Below, piece by piece: positions 24,901 through 33,860 of a stretch of DNA of 34,488 nt. A program made the translations under genes and the position numbers. Below the pieces are notes generated by a model that ran no database searches, was not told the DNA's origin, and was given only the letters and a program-made list of their open reading frames with translations. The stretch's first letter is position 1. Each line of letters begins with the position of its first letter. The DNA lies in the sequence record SRR20825006_2411, one strand, 5' to 3'.

Positions 24901-25907
24901 CCAATATTCGCCTGCTCCCCGTTGTCATCCTGGCCGTCGCGGCGCTGCTGGTCCTCAAGACCGTGGGGCTGGTGACCAATGGTGGCTATGTACTGACCGG
25001 TGTGAGCACGGCGCAGGCCGCTGGTGGTGGCGGTGGTGACCATGGTGGCGGCGCGGCCGCTTCTGGCGAAACGGTCACCCTGCCCAGCGAGCCGACCATT
25101 GAGGATGGCAGTCCCACGCTGACCGATGCCGCCCCGACCCTGGGCGAAGCCGGCGGCGATGACGGCGGCCATGGTGCGCCGGCCTCGGAGCATGACGAGG
25201 CTGCCGACGAGCATGGCGATGACGTTGCCGAAGCGGACGAGCATGGCGAGGCGGCCGCCGAAGAGGGCGCGGTCAGCAATGTGGTTGCGGCCGAGAATGC
25301 CTGCGATCCGCGTCCGGCGGCCGAAGTCGGCGAGGCGGATACCAGCGAGGGCGAGCTGATGGTCATTCCGGGCGATTGCCCGCCGCTGGCCGATGCCTTG
25401 CCGCAGGTGTTGACGCCCAATGGCGTGATGCCCCTGGGCGGCGGCGAGACTTCGGTGACCGAGCAGGCCCTGCTGGAGCGCCTGTCGACACGCCGCACCG
25501 AGCTGGAAAGCTACGAACAGGAACTGGCGATGCGCGCCTCGCTGGTCGAGGCTGCCGAGCAGCGCATCGAAGAGCGTCAGCAGACCCTGCAGTCGATCGA
25601 GGACGAGATTGCCTCGCTGGTCGAGCAGCGCAAGGAAATGGAAGAGGGGCAGTTTGCCGGCATCGTGGCCATGTATGAGACCATGAAGCCCAAGGATGCC
25701 GCCAACATCTTCAATGCCCTGGACATCGAAGTGCTGCTGCGCGTGGCCAAGATGATGAGCCCGCGCAAGATGGCACCGATCCTGGCCGAGATGGACACGA
25801 TGCGGGCCCAGGAACTGACGGTGCGCATGGCCTCGGCCGGCACCGATCCACTCGACCAGATGACGCCCGAATCTCTGGCTGAACTGCCGCAGATCGTCGG
25901 ACAATAG
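24897..25907 (+). CDS. motE: MotE-family periplasmic protein
   Basis: RLLPVVI N-terminus, coiled coil, and C-terminal MYETMKPKDAANIF..MSPRKMAPILAEMD..AQELT (MgtE-N-like); GTG start. Confidence 0.8.
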   Translation: MTNIRLLPVVILAVAALLVLKTVGLVTNGGYVLTGVSTAQAAGGGGGDHGGGAAASGETVTLPSEPTIEDGSPTLTDAAPTLGEAGGDDGGHGAPASEHDEAADEHGDDVAEADEHGEAAAEEGAVSNVVAAENACDPRPAAEVGEADTSEGELMVIPGDCPPLADALPQVLTPNGVMPLGGGETSVTEQALLERLSTRRTELESYEQELAMRASLVEAAEQRIEERQQTLQSIEDEIASLVEQRKEMEEGQFAGIVAMYETMKPKDAANIFNALDIEVLLRVAKMMSPRKMAPILAEMDTMRAQELTVRMASAGTDPLDQMTPESLAELPQIVGQ

Positions 25908-25926
25908 GCAATTGCCAGCTTTCCCC

Positions 25927-25941
25927 TTAGGGGCACGTTAA
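25927..25941 (+). promoter_or_regulatory. Near-consensus CtrA box upstream of the large TPR gene
   Basis: TTAG-GGGCACG-TTAA. Confidence 0.45.
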
Positions 25942-26071
25942 GCACCGGTCGCTAGGGTTGACACGAAGAAGTGGATTGCCGTCCAGAAGGCGGCGCCCTT
26001 TTGAGTGTTGTAACCCTCGCGTATCCTGAGGATCATGGGCTTGTCTGCCCGTCCCTGTATTCGCGACTTGT

Positions 26072-29000
26072 ATGCGTCGGGCGGGCAGAAAGCCGGTGAA
26101 GACCGCAATCAGTTCAGGTTGGCGAGCATGGTCTCGCGCTATCGCGGCGGCGGCTCTGGCCTGCGCCATGATGGCGGTCACGCCTGCACTGGCTCAGGAA
26201 CAGGGGCAACTCTTTGCGACCGAGGAAGACGGCTATGCCCGTCTCATCCTCAGCTTTCCTTCCAGAAATACCCTGCCGGAATACGAGTTCCGCATCGACA
26301 ACGGTGTGCTCTCGGTGGAATTTGCCGAGCCGGTCGATATCCTGCTGCCCGATGTCGCCACGACCATGCCGAACTATCTCTCGGTGGCGCGGATCGATCC
26401 GGATCGGCGCGGCCTGCGCATCGCGCTCAAGAGGAGTTTCAATTTCAATCGCATCGAAGCGGGCGAGAAGCTGTTTGTCGACCTGATGCCCCCCGATTGG
26501 CAGGGCATGCCGCCGGCGCTGCCGCAGGACATCATCGACGAGCTGGCCGAGCGGGCGCGCCTTGCCGCCATTCAGGCCGAGCGCGACCGCAAGGCCCGAC
26601 TGGCCGCCGAGCTTGATCCGCAGGTGGATGTCCGGATTGGCCGCAATGCCACGTTCATGCGCCTGCAGTTCGACTGGACGGTCCCGACCGAAGGGACCTT
26701 CAACAAGCAGGGCGAGGTGGGCGCAGCCACCTTCGAGTGGCCGGTGGAGATGGACCTGACGGGCCTGCTCGCCAGCCTGCCTGAAGAAATTGTTTCGATG
26801 CAATCGGGGTATTCCGCTGACGGCGCTGCGGCGACTTTCATCTTTGCCGAAGGCGTGGAGCCGCGGTTCTATGCCATTTCCCCGTCGCAATATGTGCTTG
26901 ATATCGACATTGCGGGCCAGACGCTGCCCGCGCTCACACAGGCCGATCTCGAAGCCGAGGCCGCTCAACTGACCGCCGAGCAAGAGGCCGAAGCCCATCA
27001 GGAGCCGACGATTTCGGCCCTGCAGGCGGACAGTCCGGAAACCATTACCCCGTTTATCAATGTGCTGGGCAATACTGTTCGCGTGGTCTTCCCGTTCGAG
27101 CAGGACACGCCGGCGGCCGTGTTCCGGCGCGGGGATACGGTCTGGATGATCTTTGATACCGTGAGCGGGATCGAAGTGCCTGGCGGGTCGATGGACATGG
27201 ACGCGGTTGCCAGTGACTTCACCGTGGTCTCCTCGGGCGATACGCAGGTGGTGCGGCTGGATCTGTCCCAGGACCGCCTGGCGACCCTGGGATCCGAAGG
27301 CATGGCCTGGGTGCTTTCGCTTGGCGATATGATGTTGAGCCCCACCGAACCGATGGCGCTGTCGCGCCGCCGCGATATCGAAGGCTCGTTCGAGATGGTT
27401 GCGGACATGGCCCGGCCCGGCCGGCTGCATGAGTTCCGCGATCCGCTGGTCGGCGATGTGCTCAAGGTGGTTACGGCCTTTCCGCCGGCGCGGGGGCTGA
27501 CCCGGTCGCTGGACTATGTGGATTTCACTGCGCTGCGCAGCGTGCACGGCCTGGTGGTCAAACCCAAATCGACCAATCTGGAAGTCGAAGTCGAGAGCCC
27601 GGTCGCGGTGATTTCCTCCACCAGCGGGCTGACTGTTTCGGCCATCGACAGCCTGCGCAATTCCGGTTCTCAAGCGCAGGAAGCGGCCAGGGCCGGCTTT
27701 CTTGACCTTCGGGCCCTCGAAGAGCGCGATCCGGTTGCCCTTGCCGACATGCGGGACGAAATGGAGCGCGCCGCCGCTACCAATGAGGGGCGCGAGCGCG
27801 ACATTGCGCGGCTCGACTACGCCCAGATCCTGGTTGCCAACCGGCTGGCCTTCGAGGCCCTTGGCGTGCTGCGGGTGCTTGAGAGCGATCTGCGGGCCGA
27901 AGACCTGACGCGCAAGATCCGGACCACGACCGCCATCGCCGATGTGCTGGCGGGGCGTCCGCGCGATGCCTTGCAGACGCTGAACGCGCCATCGCTCGAC
28001 CAGGATGTGGATTCGCTGTTCTGGCGCACCATTGCGCGCGCCGATAGCAACGACTATCGCGGCGCCCGCTTCGATGCGCTCGAAGCGCGATCCGTTGCCG
28101 ACAGCTATCCGGAATGGGCGCGCAATCGCTTCCGCCTGGCGGCCGCGCGGGCGGCTGTGGAGGCCGAAGACCCGACGCTGGCGCAGCGCATGCTGGACGA
28201 TATCGACTTTGCCAGCCTCAGCGTTGAAGACGCCTCGCTGCATCACCTGCTTTCCGGCCGCATCGACGAGGCCGAAGGCCGCAATCAGGAAGCGCTCGAT
28301 ACCTATGGACAGGTGATCGCTGCAGAAATTCGTCCCACGCGCGCTGAAGCGGTCTATCGGACGCTACAATTGCTCGATCAGGAGGGGCGGCTGGACCTGG
28401 CAAAGGGCACGCAGACACTGGCGGCCGAAACGCTGCTGTGGCGCGGCGATGCGCTGGAAGCCGACATGCAGACGTTGCTGGCCAAGCTCTACTTCCGCAA
28501 TGGCGAATATCGCCCCGGCTTCGAGACGGTGAAGGCGGCCGTCGCCAATTATCCTGAAAGCACGGCGGTCAATGGCCTGCGCGACCAGGCCCAGGCGATG
28601 TTTGCCGATCTGTTTCTCAATGGGGTTGCCGATTCCATCGGACCGGTCGAGGCGCTGGCGATCTATTATGATTTCCGGCACCTGACCCCGCCCGGTGCAC
28701 GTGGCGACGAAATGATCCGTAATCTGGCGAGACGGCTGGTGCGGGTGGATCTGCTGACCCAGGCTGCGGACCTGCTGCAGTACCAGCTCGACAATCGCCT
28801 GCGCGGGGTGGCGCGCACGCAGATCGCAGCCGATCTCGCGGTGATCTATCTGGCCGATCGCAAACCGCAGGACGCGTTGCGCGTGCTTAATGAGACGCAA
28901 TTGCCCGGTTTGCCAGATTCGCTGCAGCGCCAGCGGCGCCTGCTCGAGGCGCGCGCGATGATCGATGGTGGTCGCGATCAGCTCGCGCTCGACCTGATCA

Positions 29001-29437
29001 GCAATATGGATGGCAAGGATGTCGAGCTGATGCGCATTGATGCGCATTGGACCGCGCGCCGCTACAGCCAGGCCGGGGAGATGATCGAGGTCATCTATGG
29101 CAATGAGCCTGAGGGCCGTCCGCTGGATCGTCCCGCGCGCATGAGCCTGATCAAGGCGGCGGTCGGCTATGTGCTGTCCGGGGATGATTTCGGCCTGTCC
29201 CGGCTGCGGGCCAAGTTCGGCGAACGCATGGTGGCCTCGCCGGAATGGCCGATGTTCGATTTCGTGACCGGGCCGATCCAGGCAACCAGCCTCGAATTCA
29301 AGCAGGTGGCTGCCGAAGTGGCTGCGCTCGACAGCCTAACTGCCTTCCTCTCGTCCTATCGCGAGACCTATTCCGGCGAGGGTGCCCTGACGCCGATCAA
29401 TGCCAGCCGACCCGATGCGGGTCTGGCCTCGCTCTAG
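26072..29437 (+). CDS. Large secreted beta-rich plus TPR-like protein (1121 aa), flagellar-associated
   Basis: Signal peptide (TPALA|QE); repeated R-L/V-x-F beta segments in the N-terminal half; Ala/Leu-rich TPR-like helices in the C-terminal half. Confidence 0.8.
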   Translation: MRRAGRKPVKTAISSGWRAWSRAIAAAALACAMMAVTPALAQEQGQLFATEEDGYARLILSFPSRNTLPEYEFRIDNGVLSVEFAEPVDILLPDVATTMPNYLSVARIDPDRRGLRIALKRSFNFNRIEAGEKLFVDLMPPDWQGMPPALPQDIIDELAERARLAAIQAERDRKARLAAELDPQVDVRIGRNATFMRLQFDWTVPTEGTFNKQGEVGAATFEWPVEMDLTGLLASLPEEIVSMQSGYSADGAAATFIFAEGVEPRFYAISPSQYVLDIDIAGQTLPALTQADLEAEAAQLTAEQEAEAHQEPTISALQADSPETITPFINVLGNTVRVVFPFEQDTPAAVFRRGDTVWMIFDTVSGIEVPGGSMDMDAVASDFTVVSSGDTQVVRLDLSQDRLATLGSEGMAWVLSLGDMMLSPTEPMALSRRRDIEGSFEMVADMARPGRLHEFRDPLVGDVLKVVTAFPPARGLTRSLDYVDFTALRSVHGLVVKPKSTNLEVEVESPVAVISSTSGLTVSAIDSLRNSGSQAQEAARAGFLDLRALEERDPVALADMRDEMERAAATNEGRERDIARLDYAQILVANRLAFEALGVLRVLESDLRAEDLTRKIRTTTAIADVLAGRPRDALQTLNAPSLDQDVDSLFWRTIARADSNDYRGARFDALEARSVADSYPEWARNRFRLAAARAAVEAEDPTLAQRMLDDIDFASLSVEDASLHHLLSGRIDEAEGRNQEALDTYGQVIAAEIRPTRAEAVYRTLQLLDQEGRLDLAKGTQTLAAETLLWRGDALEADMQTLLAKLYFRNGEYRPGFETVKAAVANYPESTAVNGLRDQAQAMFADLFLNGVADSIGPVEALAIYYDFRHLTPPGARGDEMIRNLARRLVRVDLLTQAADLLQYQLDNRLRGVARTQIAADLAVIYLADRKPQDALRVLNETQLPGLPDSLQRQRRLLEARAMIDGGRDQLALDLISNMDGKDVELMRIDAHWTARRYSQAGEMIEVIYGNEPEGRPLDRPARMSLIKAAVGYVLSGDDFGLSRLRAKFGERMVASPEWPMFDFVTGPIQATSLEFKQVAAEVAALDSLTAFLSSYRETYSGEGALTPINASRPDAGLASL

Positions 29438-29892
29438 GCCAGGGCCTGCACCTTCGCTGCCCTTTCCGCATGCGAGAAGCGCCTTATGAAGGCCCTGGCG
29501 CGGGCGAGTGTGTCTCCCAGATATTGATCCGGCCCGAGCATCTTGCGTGAATTGAGCGCATGGGCGCCGAGTATGGGAAAATCGACGATTTCTATATCGC
29601 AGCTCCAGCCGGGATAATCGGTTGCCCAGGACCGGCGATGATGCGCCAGCAGGCGCTCGCGCAGGCTATAGCCGTGATAGTCGAAGGCGATGGTGCCATC
29701 GGTGACGTACATGTGCCCGCCGGGTACATCGTTTCTCGGGATGATCCTTTCCGCGTGAAACCCGGCCAGTGGGCACTCGGCAAGATAGGCCCCGGCCAGG
29801 ATGTGGCAGGCGCCGTGTCCGAAAAAGATGCGGTCGGGCAGGGCCCAGCGCCGCACCATGTCCTGCTTGATGCCGGGCTTGAGCCGGTACAT
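29434..29892 (-). CDS. Hypothetical protein with putative Cys-His-Asp triad (papain/transglutaminase-like)
   Basis: GACHILA..GHMYV..AFDYHG spacing; ATG 2 nt after the fliP stop. Confidence 0.65.
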   Translation of the reverse strand: MYRLKPGIKQDMVRRWALPDRIFFGHGACHILAGAYLAECPLAGFHAERIIPRNDVPGGHMYVTDGTIAFDYHGYSLRERLLAHHRRSWATDYPGWSCDIEIVDFPILGAHALNSRKMLGPDQYLGDTLARARAFIRRFSHAERAAKVQALA

Positions 29893-29894
29893 CG

Positions 29895-30680
29895 CTAACT
29901 GGTAAAACTTCGGACCAGCGACCCGGCCACCAGGTACCAGCCGTCGACCAGCACGAAGAAGATCAGCTTGAAGGGCAGGGATATCACCACCGGGGGCAGC
30001 ATCATCATGCCCATGCTCATCAGCACCGAGGCCACGACCATGTCGATGACCACAAAGGGCAGGAACAGCAGGAAGCCGATTTCGAAGGCCCGGCGCAATT
30101 CGGAGATCATGAAGGCCGGCACGAGAAGCTGCAGCGGAATAGCTTCCGGCTCATCGGGCAGCGCTGTCTCCGAGAGGTCGTAGAACAGCTCCAGATCGCG
30201 ATCGCGCACATTGGCGCGCATGAATTCGTGGATCGGGGCGGCGCCGGCGTCGAAGGCCTCGGCGAACTCGATTTCGCCGGCCATCAACGGAGCGATCCCC
30301 TGTTCATAGCTCTGCTGCAGGGTCGGCTGCATGATGAACAGGGTCAGGAACAGCGCCAGGGAGACCATGACGGTATTGGGCGGCGCAGTCTGCAGGCCGA
30401 TGGCGGTACGCAGCAGCGAGAGCACCACCACGATGCGCGTGAAACTGGTCACCATCACCAGGATGGAAGGGGCCAGCGAGAGCAGGGTGATCAGCCCGAT
30501 GAGCTGAATGGCCCGCTCGGTCAGCGTGGTTTCGTCGCCGAAATCAATGGAGAGGTCCTGCGCGAAGGCGCCCTGGGACCAGAGCAGCAAGAGGCCGGCG
30601 GCAGTCAGTAGCGGCAGCAGGAAACGCCAGCGCGCCTTGCGCGCCGGTTCAGTTCCGGTTGGCCTGCTCGCTATTGTCAT
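29895..30680 (-). CDS. fliP: Export gate protein FliP
   Basis: LSLAPSILVMVTSFTRIVVVLSLLRTAIG; PAFMISEL; MGMMMLPP; FVLVDGW. Confidence 0.97.
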   Translation of the reverse strand: MTIASRPTGTEPARKARWRFLLPLLTAAGLLLLWSQGAFAQDLSIDFGDETTLTERAIQLIGLITLLSLAPSILVMVTSFTRIVVVLSLLRTAIGLQTAPPNTVMVSLALFLTLFIMQPTLQQSYEQGIAPLMAGEIEFAEAFDAGAAPIHEFMRANVRDRDLELFYDLSETALPDEPEAIPLQLLVPAFMISELRRAFEIGFLLFLPFVVIDMVVASVLMSMGMMMLPPVVISLPFKLIFFVLVDGWYLVAGSLVRSFTS

Positions 30681-31290
30681 GCTCAAGCGCTGTGCCTTCG
30701 CTCACCGTGTCGCCACCGACCTCTCTATCTGAGTCGGCAGGCGTCTCGCCCGGCGCATCCAGGTTTTCAACGGATAGCGTGGGGTCCTGCACGCTGACCG
30801 GCCGGAGCAGGCCAGTGTGGCGCAGGGAGCGGCTGGGCCGCTTTGCGGGTTCGGGCACGGGCGGGGCCGCGGCTTCCACCTCGGCAGGGGCAGGCCGCGC
30901 GGCGGCGGAGCCGGCGGCGGGTCCTGGTTTGGCGCTTATCGGACGTCGGGCCGGAAGGGACGGCAGGCCGCGGCGTGTCGGCTGGGCCGGGGCGGCTTCG
31001 GGCACGGGAATGCCGGTTTCCACCACAACGTCATGCGGGCCGCCGGTCAGGATCAGATGCTCGACATCGTCGCGTCGCACGATCACCAATTGCCGCTTCT
31101 GGTCGAGGGCGAGGGTGTCCACCACCGCGAGGCGACGATTGCGGCCGCGCGCGGCATTGCCCGAGACATTGGAGATCAGCTTTAGCAACCAGACGGCCAG
31201 CACGATCAGCACCAGCACGATGCCGAGCGCCAGGATCATGGTCAGGATGGTATTGCCGCTGCCGCCGAACAGTCCGGTAATGAATTGCAA
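30649..31290 (-). CDS. fliO: FliO/FliZ family protein
   Basis: TM followed by RLAVVDTLALDQKRQLVIVRRDDVEHLILTGG; TTG start after GGAGG; Pro-rich tail. Confidence 0.88.
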   Translation of the reverse strand: MQFITGLFGGSGNTILTMILALGIVLVLIVLAVWLLKLISNVSGNAARGRNRRLAVVDTLALDQKRQLVIVRRDDVEHLILTGGPHDVVVETGIPVPEAAPAQPTRRGLPSLPARRPISAKPGPAAGSAAARPAPAEVEAAAPPVPEPAKRPSRSLRHTGLLRPVSVQDPTLSVENLDAPGETPADSDREVGGDTVSEGTALEHDNSEQANRN

Positions 31291-31444
31291 GAGCCGCGCC
31301 TCCAGAGCATTTCAGGTCGGACCACGCACATAGCGCGATTCCGGGTGGGGCAATAGGTGCTGGTCGTCATGGGCGGCACTTCCTGCCTGGTTCACCCATC
31401 AATTTTGCAGATTGCACGGCGTTTCAGGCCGTCGACAGTCTGGC

Positions 31445-31482
31445 TTAACGCTTGGTTAACCATTCACCCGGCAAGAATTGCC
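31445..31482. promoter_or_regulatory. CtrA box plus ftr-like site between divergent fliO and flgB
   Basis: TTAA-CGCTTGG-TTAAC (31445-31460); CCCGGCAAGAATTGCC (31467-31482); also GGCACTTCCTGCC at 31375-31387. Confidence 0.78.
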
Positions 31483-31513
31483 TAATTGAATTCGTTTCCG
31501 GGGAGTTTGGCCC

Positions 31514-31918
31514 ATGGGCCTAATGGACATGCCAGTCTTTTCGGCGCTGACCGACAAGATGCGCTGGCACCAGACCCGTCAAGGGCTGTTGGCCGAGAAT
31601 GTCGCCAATGCCGAAACGCCCGGCTATCGCGGGCGGGATCTCAAGCAATATGAATTCGCCGACCGGCAGGGGATGATGTCCTCCTCCGCTGTCGTCACCA
31701 CGGCCACGCAGCCCATGCATTTTTCCGCCTCTTCAGGCGAGGGCGCGTTCAACGCACAGCGCATGGCCAATTTCGAGGTCACGCCAGAGGGCAATGGCGT
31801 CACGCTCGAAGACGAGATGATGAAGGTCACCACCAATATGATGGATTATCAGGCGGCGACCTCGCTCTACCAGAAATCCGTCCGCATCCTGCGCGTCGCG
31901 CTGGGCAAGAACGTCTAG
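31514..31918 (+). CDS. flgB: Rod protein FlgB
   Basis: RQGLLAENVANAETPGYRGRDL; GNGVTLEDEM. Confidence 0.95.
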   Translation: MGLMDMPVFSALTDKMRWHQTRQGLLAENVANAETPGYRGRDLKQYEFADRQGMMSSSAVVTTATQPMHFSASSGEGAFNAQRMANFEVTPEGNGVTLEDEMMKVTTNMMDYQAATSLYQKSVRILRVALGKNV

Positions 31919-31927
31919 GGGTAACGC

Positions 31928-32338
31928 ATGGACTTCAATTCCTCGCTTCGCATCGCGGCCACGGGCCTGCACGCCCAGACGGCGCGCATGCGGGTCATTG
32001 CCGAGAACATCGCCAATGCCGATTCAGCCGGCAAGGCGCCGGGCGACGAGCCCTATCGCCGCCGCATACCGACCTTTCAGGCCAATTACGATGCCGAGGT
32101 CGGCGGGCGCGTCGTGGAGATCGGGCGGCTGGCTTATGACATGAGCGATTTTTCCTCGCGCTACGAGCCCGGGCACCCGGCCGCCGATGAGAGCGGCTTC
32201 GTGCAATATCCCAATGTGAACACGCTGGTTGAAACCGTGGACATGCGCCAGGCCCAGCGCAGCTATGAGGCCAATCTCAACGTGGTCACCGTCACCCGCC
32301 AGATGCTCGGGCGCACGCTCGACATCCTGCGCGGCTGA
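31928..32338 (+). CDS. flgC: Rod protein FlgC
   Basis: RMRVIAENIANADS..PYRR; YEPGHPAAD..YPNVN; RSYEANL. Confidence 0.97.
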   Translation: MDFNSSLRIAATGLHAQTARMRVIAENIANADSAGKAPGDEPYRRRIPTFQANYDAEVGGRVVEIGRLAYDMSDFSSRYEPGHPAADESGFVQYPNVNTLVETVDMRQAQRSYEANLNVVTVTRQMLGRTLDILRG

Positions 32339-32359
32339 TAAGCGAGAAAGACAGCACAA

Positions 32360-32695
32360 ATGGCCATCAGCAATACCCCATTCAATGCGGCAACCGCCGC
32401 CTATTCCAATGCCAGCCGGCTGATCAACCAGGCGGCCAAGCCCAGCGCGGACCTGACGGCGACAGCCCCAGCCGCGGGCGGCAATTTCGCCGACCTGCTG
32501 GCGCAGAATGTTCAGGGCGTGGTCGATCAGGGCAAGGCCAGCGACCAGATGGCGCTCGACATGGTCAGCGGCAAGGCCAATGTGGTCGATATGGTCACCG
32601 CTCTGAGCGAAACCGAAATGGCCATCGAAAGCATGGTCACCCTGCGGGACAAGGTGATCTCGGCCTATGAAGAAATCATGCGGATGCCGATCTAG
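32360..32695 (+). CDS. fliE: Hook-basal body protein FliE
   Basis: C-terminal VTLRDKVISAYEEIMRMPI. Confidence 0.95.
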   Translation: MAISNTPFNAATAAYSNASRLINQAAKPSADLTATAPAAGGNFADLLAQNVQGVVDQGKASDQMALDMVSGKANVVDMVTALSETEMAIESMVTLRDKVISAYEEIMRMPI

Positions 32696-32819
32696 CCTCG
32701 GCGTTCACATGTGCCGCCTGGTCAACGGCATGGGATAAACCACCGCGAAATGACCCCTGGCCTTCGCCGGGGTGGCGGCTGGTGGTAGGCTGATTAACGA
32801 ATCGACAAGGGTTGGAGCC

Positions 32820-33086
32820 ATGAGCGGCGCAGAAGTGCTCGACATTGCCAGCCAGGGCATCTGGACACTCATCATCGTCTCGATGCCGATGATGCTGGTC
32901 GGGCTGATCGTCGGCGTGGTCATTGCGCTGTTTCAGGCGCTAACGCAGATCCAGGAAATGACGCTGGTCTTCGTGCCCAAGATCATCGCCATCTTTATCA
33001 CCATGTTGATCAGCCTGCCGTTTCTGGGCGCCACCATGGCCGGCTATATGGACCGGGTGGTCGATATGATCATCGTGGGCGGGTAA
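32820..33086 (+). CDS. fliQ: Export protein FliQ
   Basis: ALFQALTQIQEMTLVFVPKI; ATG at 32820 after GGAG. Confidence 0.96.
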   Translation: MSGAEVLDIASQGIWTLIIVSMPMMLVGLIVGVVIALFQALTQIQEMTLVFVPKIIAIFITMLISLPFLGATMAGYMDRVVDMIIVGG

Positions 33087-33089
33087 GCG

Positions 33090-33857
33090 GTGACCATCAG
33101 CCTCGACTGGCTCCCGGCGACGGCCTTTACCTATATCATAATGTTCGCGCGCATTGCCGCCATGCTGATGCTGATGCCGGCATTGGGCGAGCAGACGATA
33201 CCGGCGCGCATGCGGCTGAGCTTTGCGCTGGCCTTTACCCTGGTGCTGTTCCCCCTGCTGGGCGAGGTGATCCCGGCCGTTCCGCCCGATCTGGCGGGCA
33301 TGGTGGGGCTGCTGTTCCATGAGCTGGCCGTGGGGCTCATCATCGGGGCTATTGTGCGCATCACCGTCATGGCAACGCAGGTGGCGGGCACGATTGTCGC
33401 CTTCCAGGCCGGTCTGTCCGGCGCGCTGGCGGCCGATCCGACCCAGATGGGCCAGCAGGGCGCGGTATTTTCGAGCTTCCTGTCCTTTCTGGGCATCACG
33501 CTGATCTTTGCCACCGACCTGCACCACATGGCGCTGGCGGCCATTTATGACAGCTACATGGTGTTCTCGCCCACCGATCCGCTGATGTTCGAGGACGCCA
33601 TGCAATTGGCGGTGCGCACGGTCAGCGGCGCTTTCATGGTCGGGGTGCAGATGTCCGCGCCGTTCATCGTCTTCGGCCTGGTGTTCAACCTCGGGGCCGG
33701 CATTCTGGCGCGGCTGATGCCGCAATTGCAGGTCTATTTCATCCTGATGCCGGCCAATATTATCGTCGGCCTGCTGCTGTTTGCGATCCTGCTGGTGATG
33801 ATGATGGGCTGGTACATCACCGCCTTCGAAAATCATCTGGCGATGTGGAGGGGCTAG
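33090..33857 (+). CDS. fliR: Export protein FliR
   Basis: Multi-TM; FARIAAMLMLMP..IPARMRL; LARLMPQLQVYF. Confidence 0.95.
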   Translation: MTISLDWLPATAFTYIIMFARIAAMLMLMPALGEQTIPARMRLSFALAFTLVLFPLLGEVIPAVPPDLAGMVGLLFHELAVGLIIGAIVRITVMATQVAGTIVAFQAGLSGALAADPTQMGQQGAVFSSFLSFLGITLIFATDLHHMALAAIYDSYMVFSPTDPLMFEDAMQLAVRTVSGAFMVGVQMSAPFIVFGLVFNLGAGILARLMPQLQVYFILMPANIIVGLLLFAILLVMMMGWYITAFENHLAMWRG

Positions 33858-33860
33858 CCC

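Noticed and set aside
26114-28246. Long antisense ORFs (710 aa here; also 1312..2904, 10424..11542, 24801..25904, 32940..34202)
   Set aside because: Shadows of real genes in GC-rich DNA; no recognisable motifs, and they overlap confident CDSs.
32740-32803. Hairpin and TTAAC half-site upstream of fliQ as a CtrA promoter
   Set aside because: No second half-site at N7 spacing; the hairpin lacks a U-tract.
6002-32803. GANTC (CcrM) sites in several intergenic regions (6002, 12191, 22746, 31337, 32799)
   Set aside because: Expected in Alphaproteobacteria; enrichment cannot be shown without counting against background.
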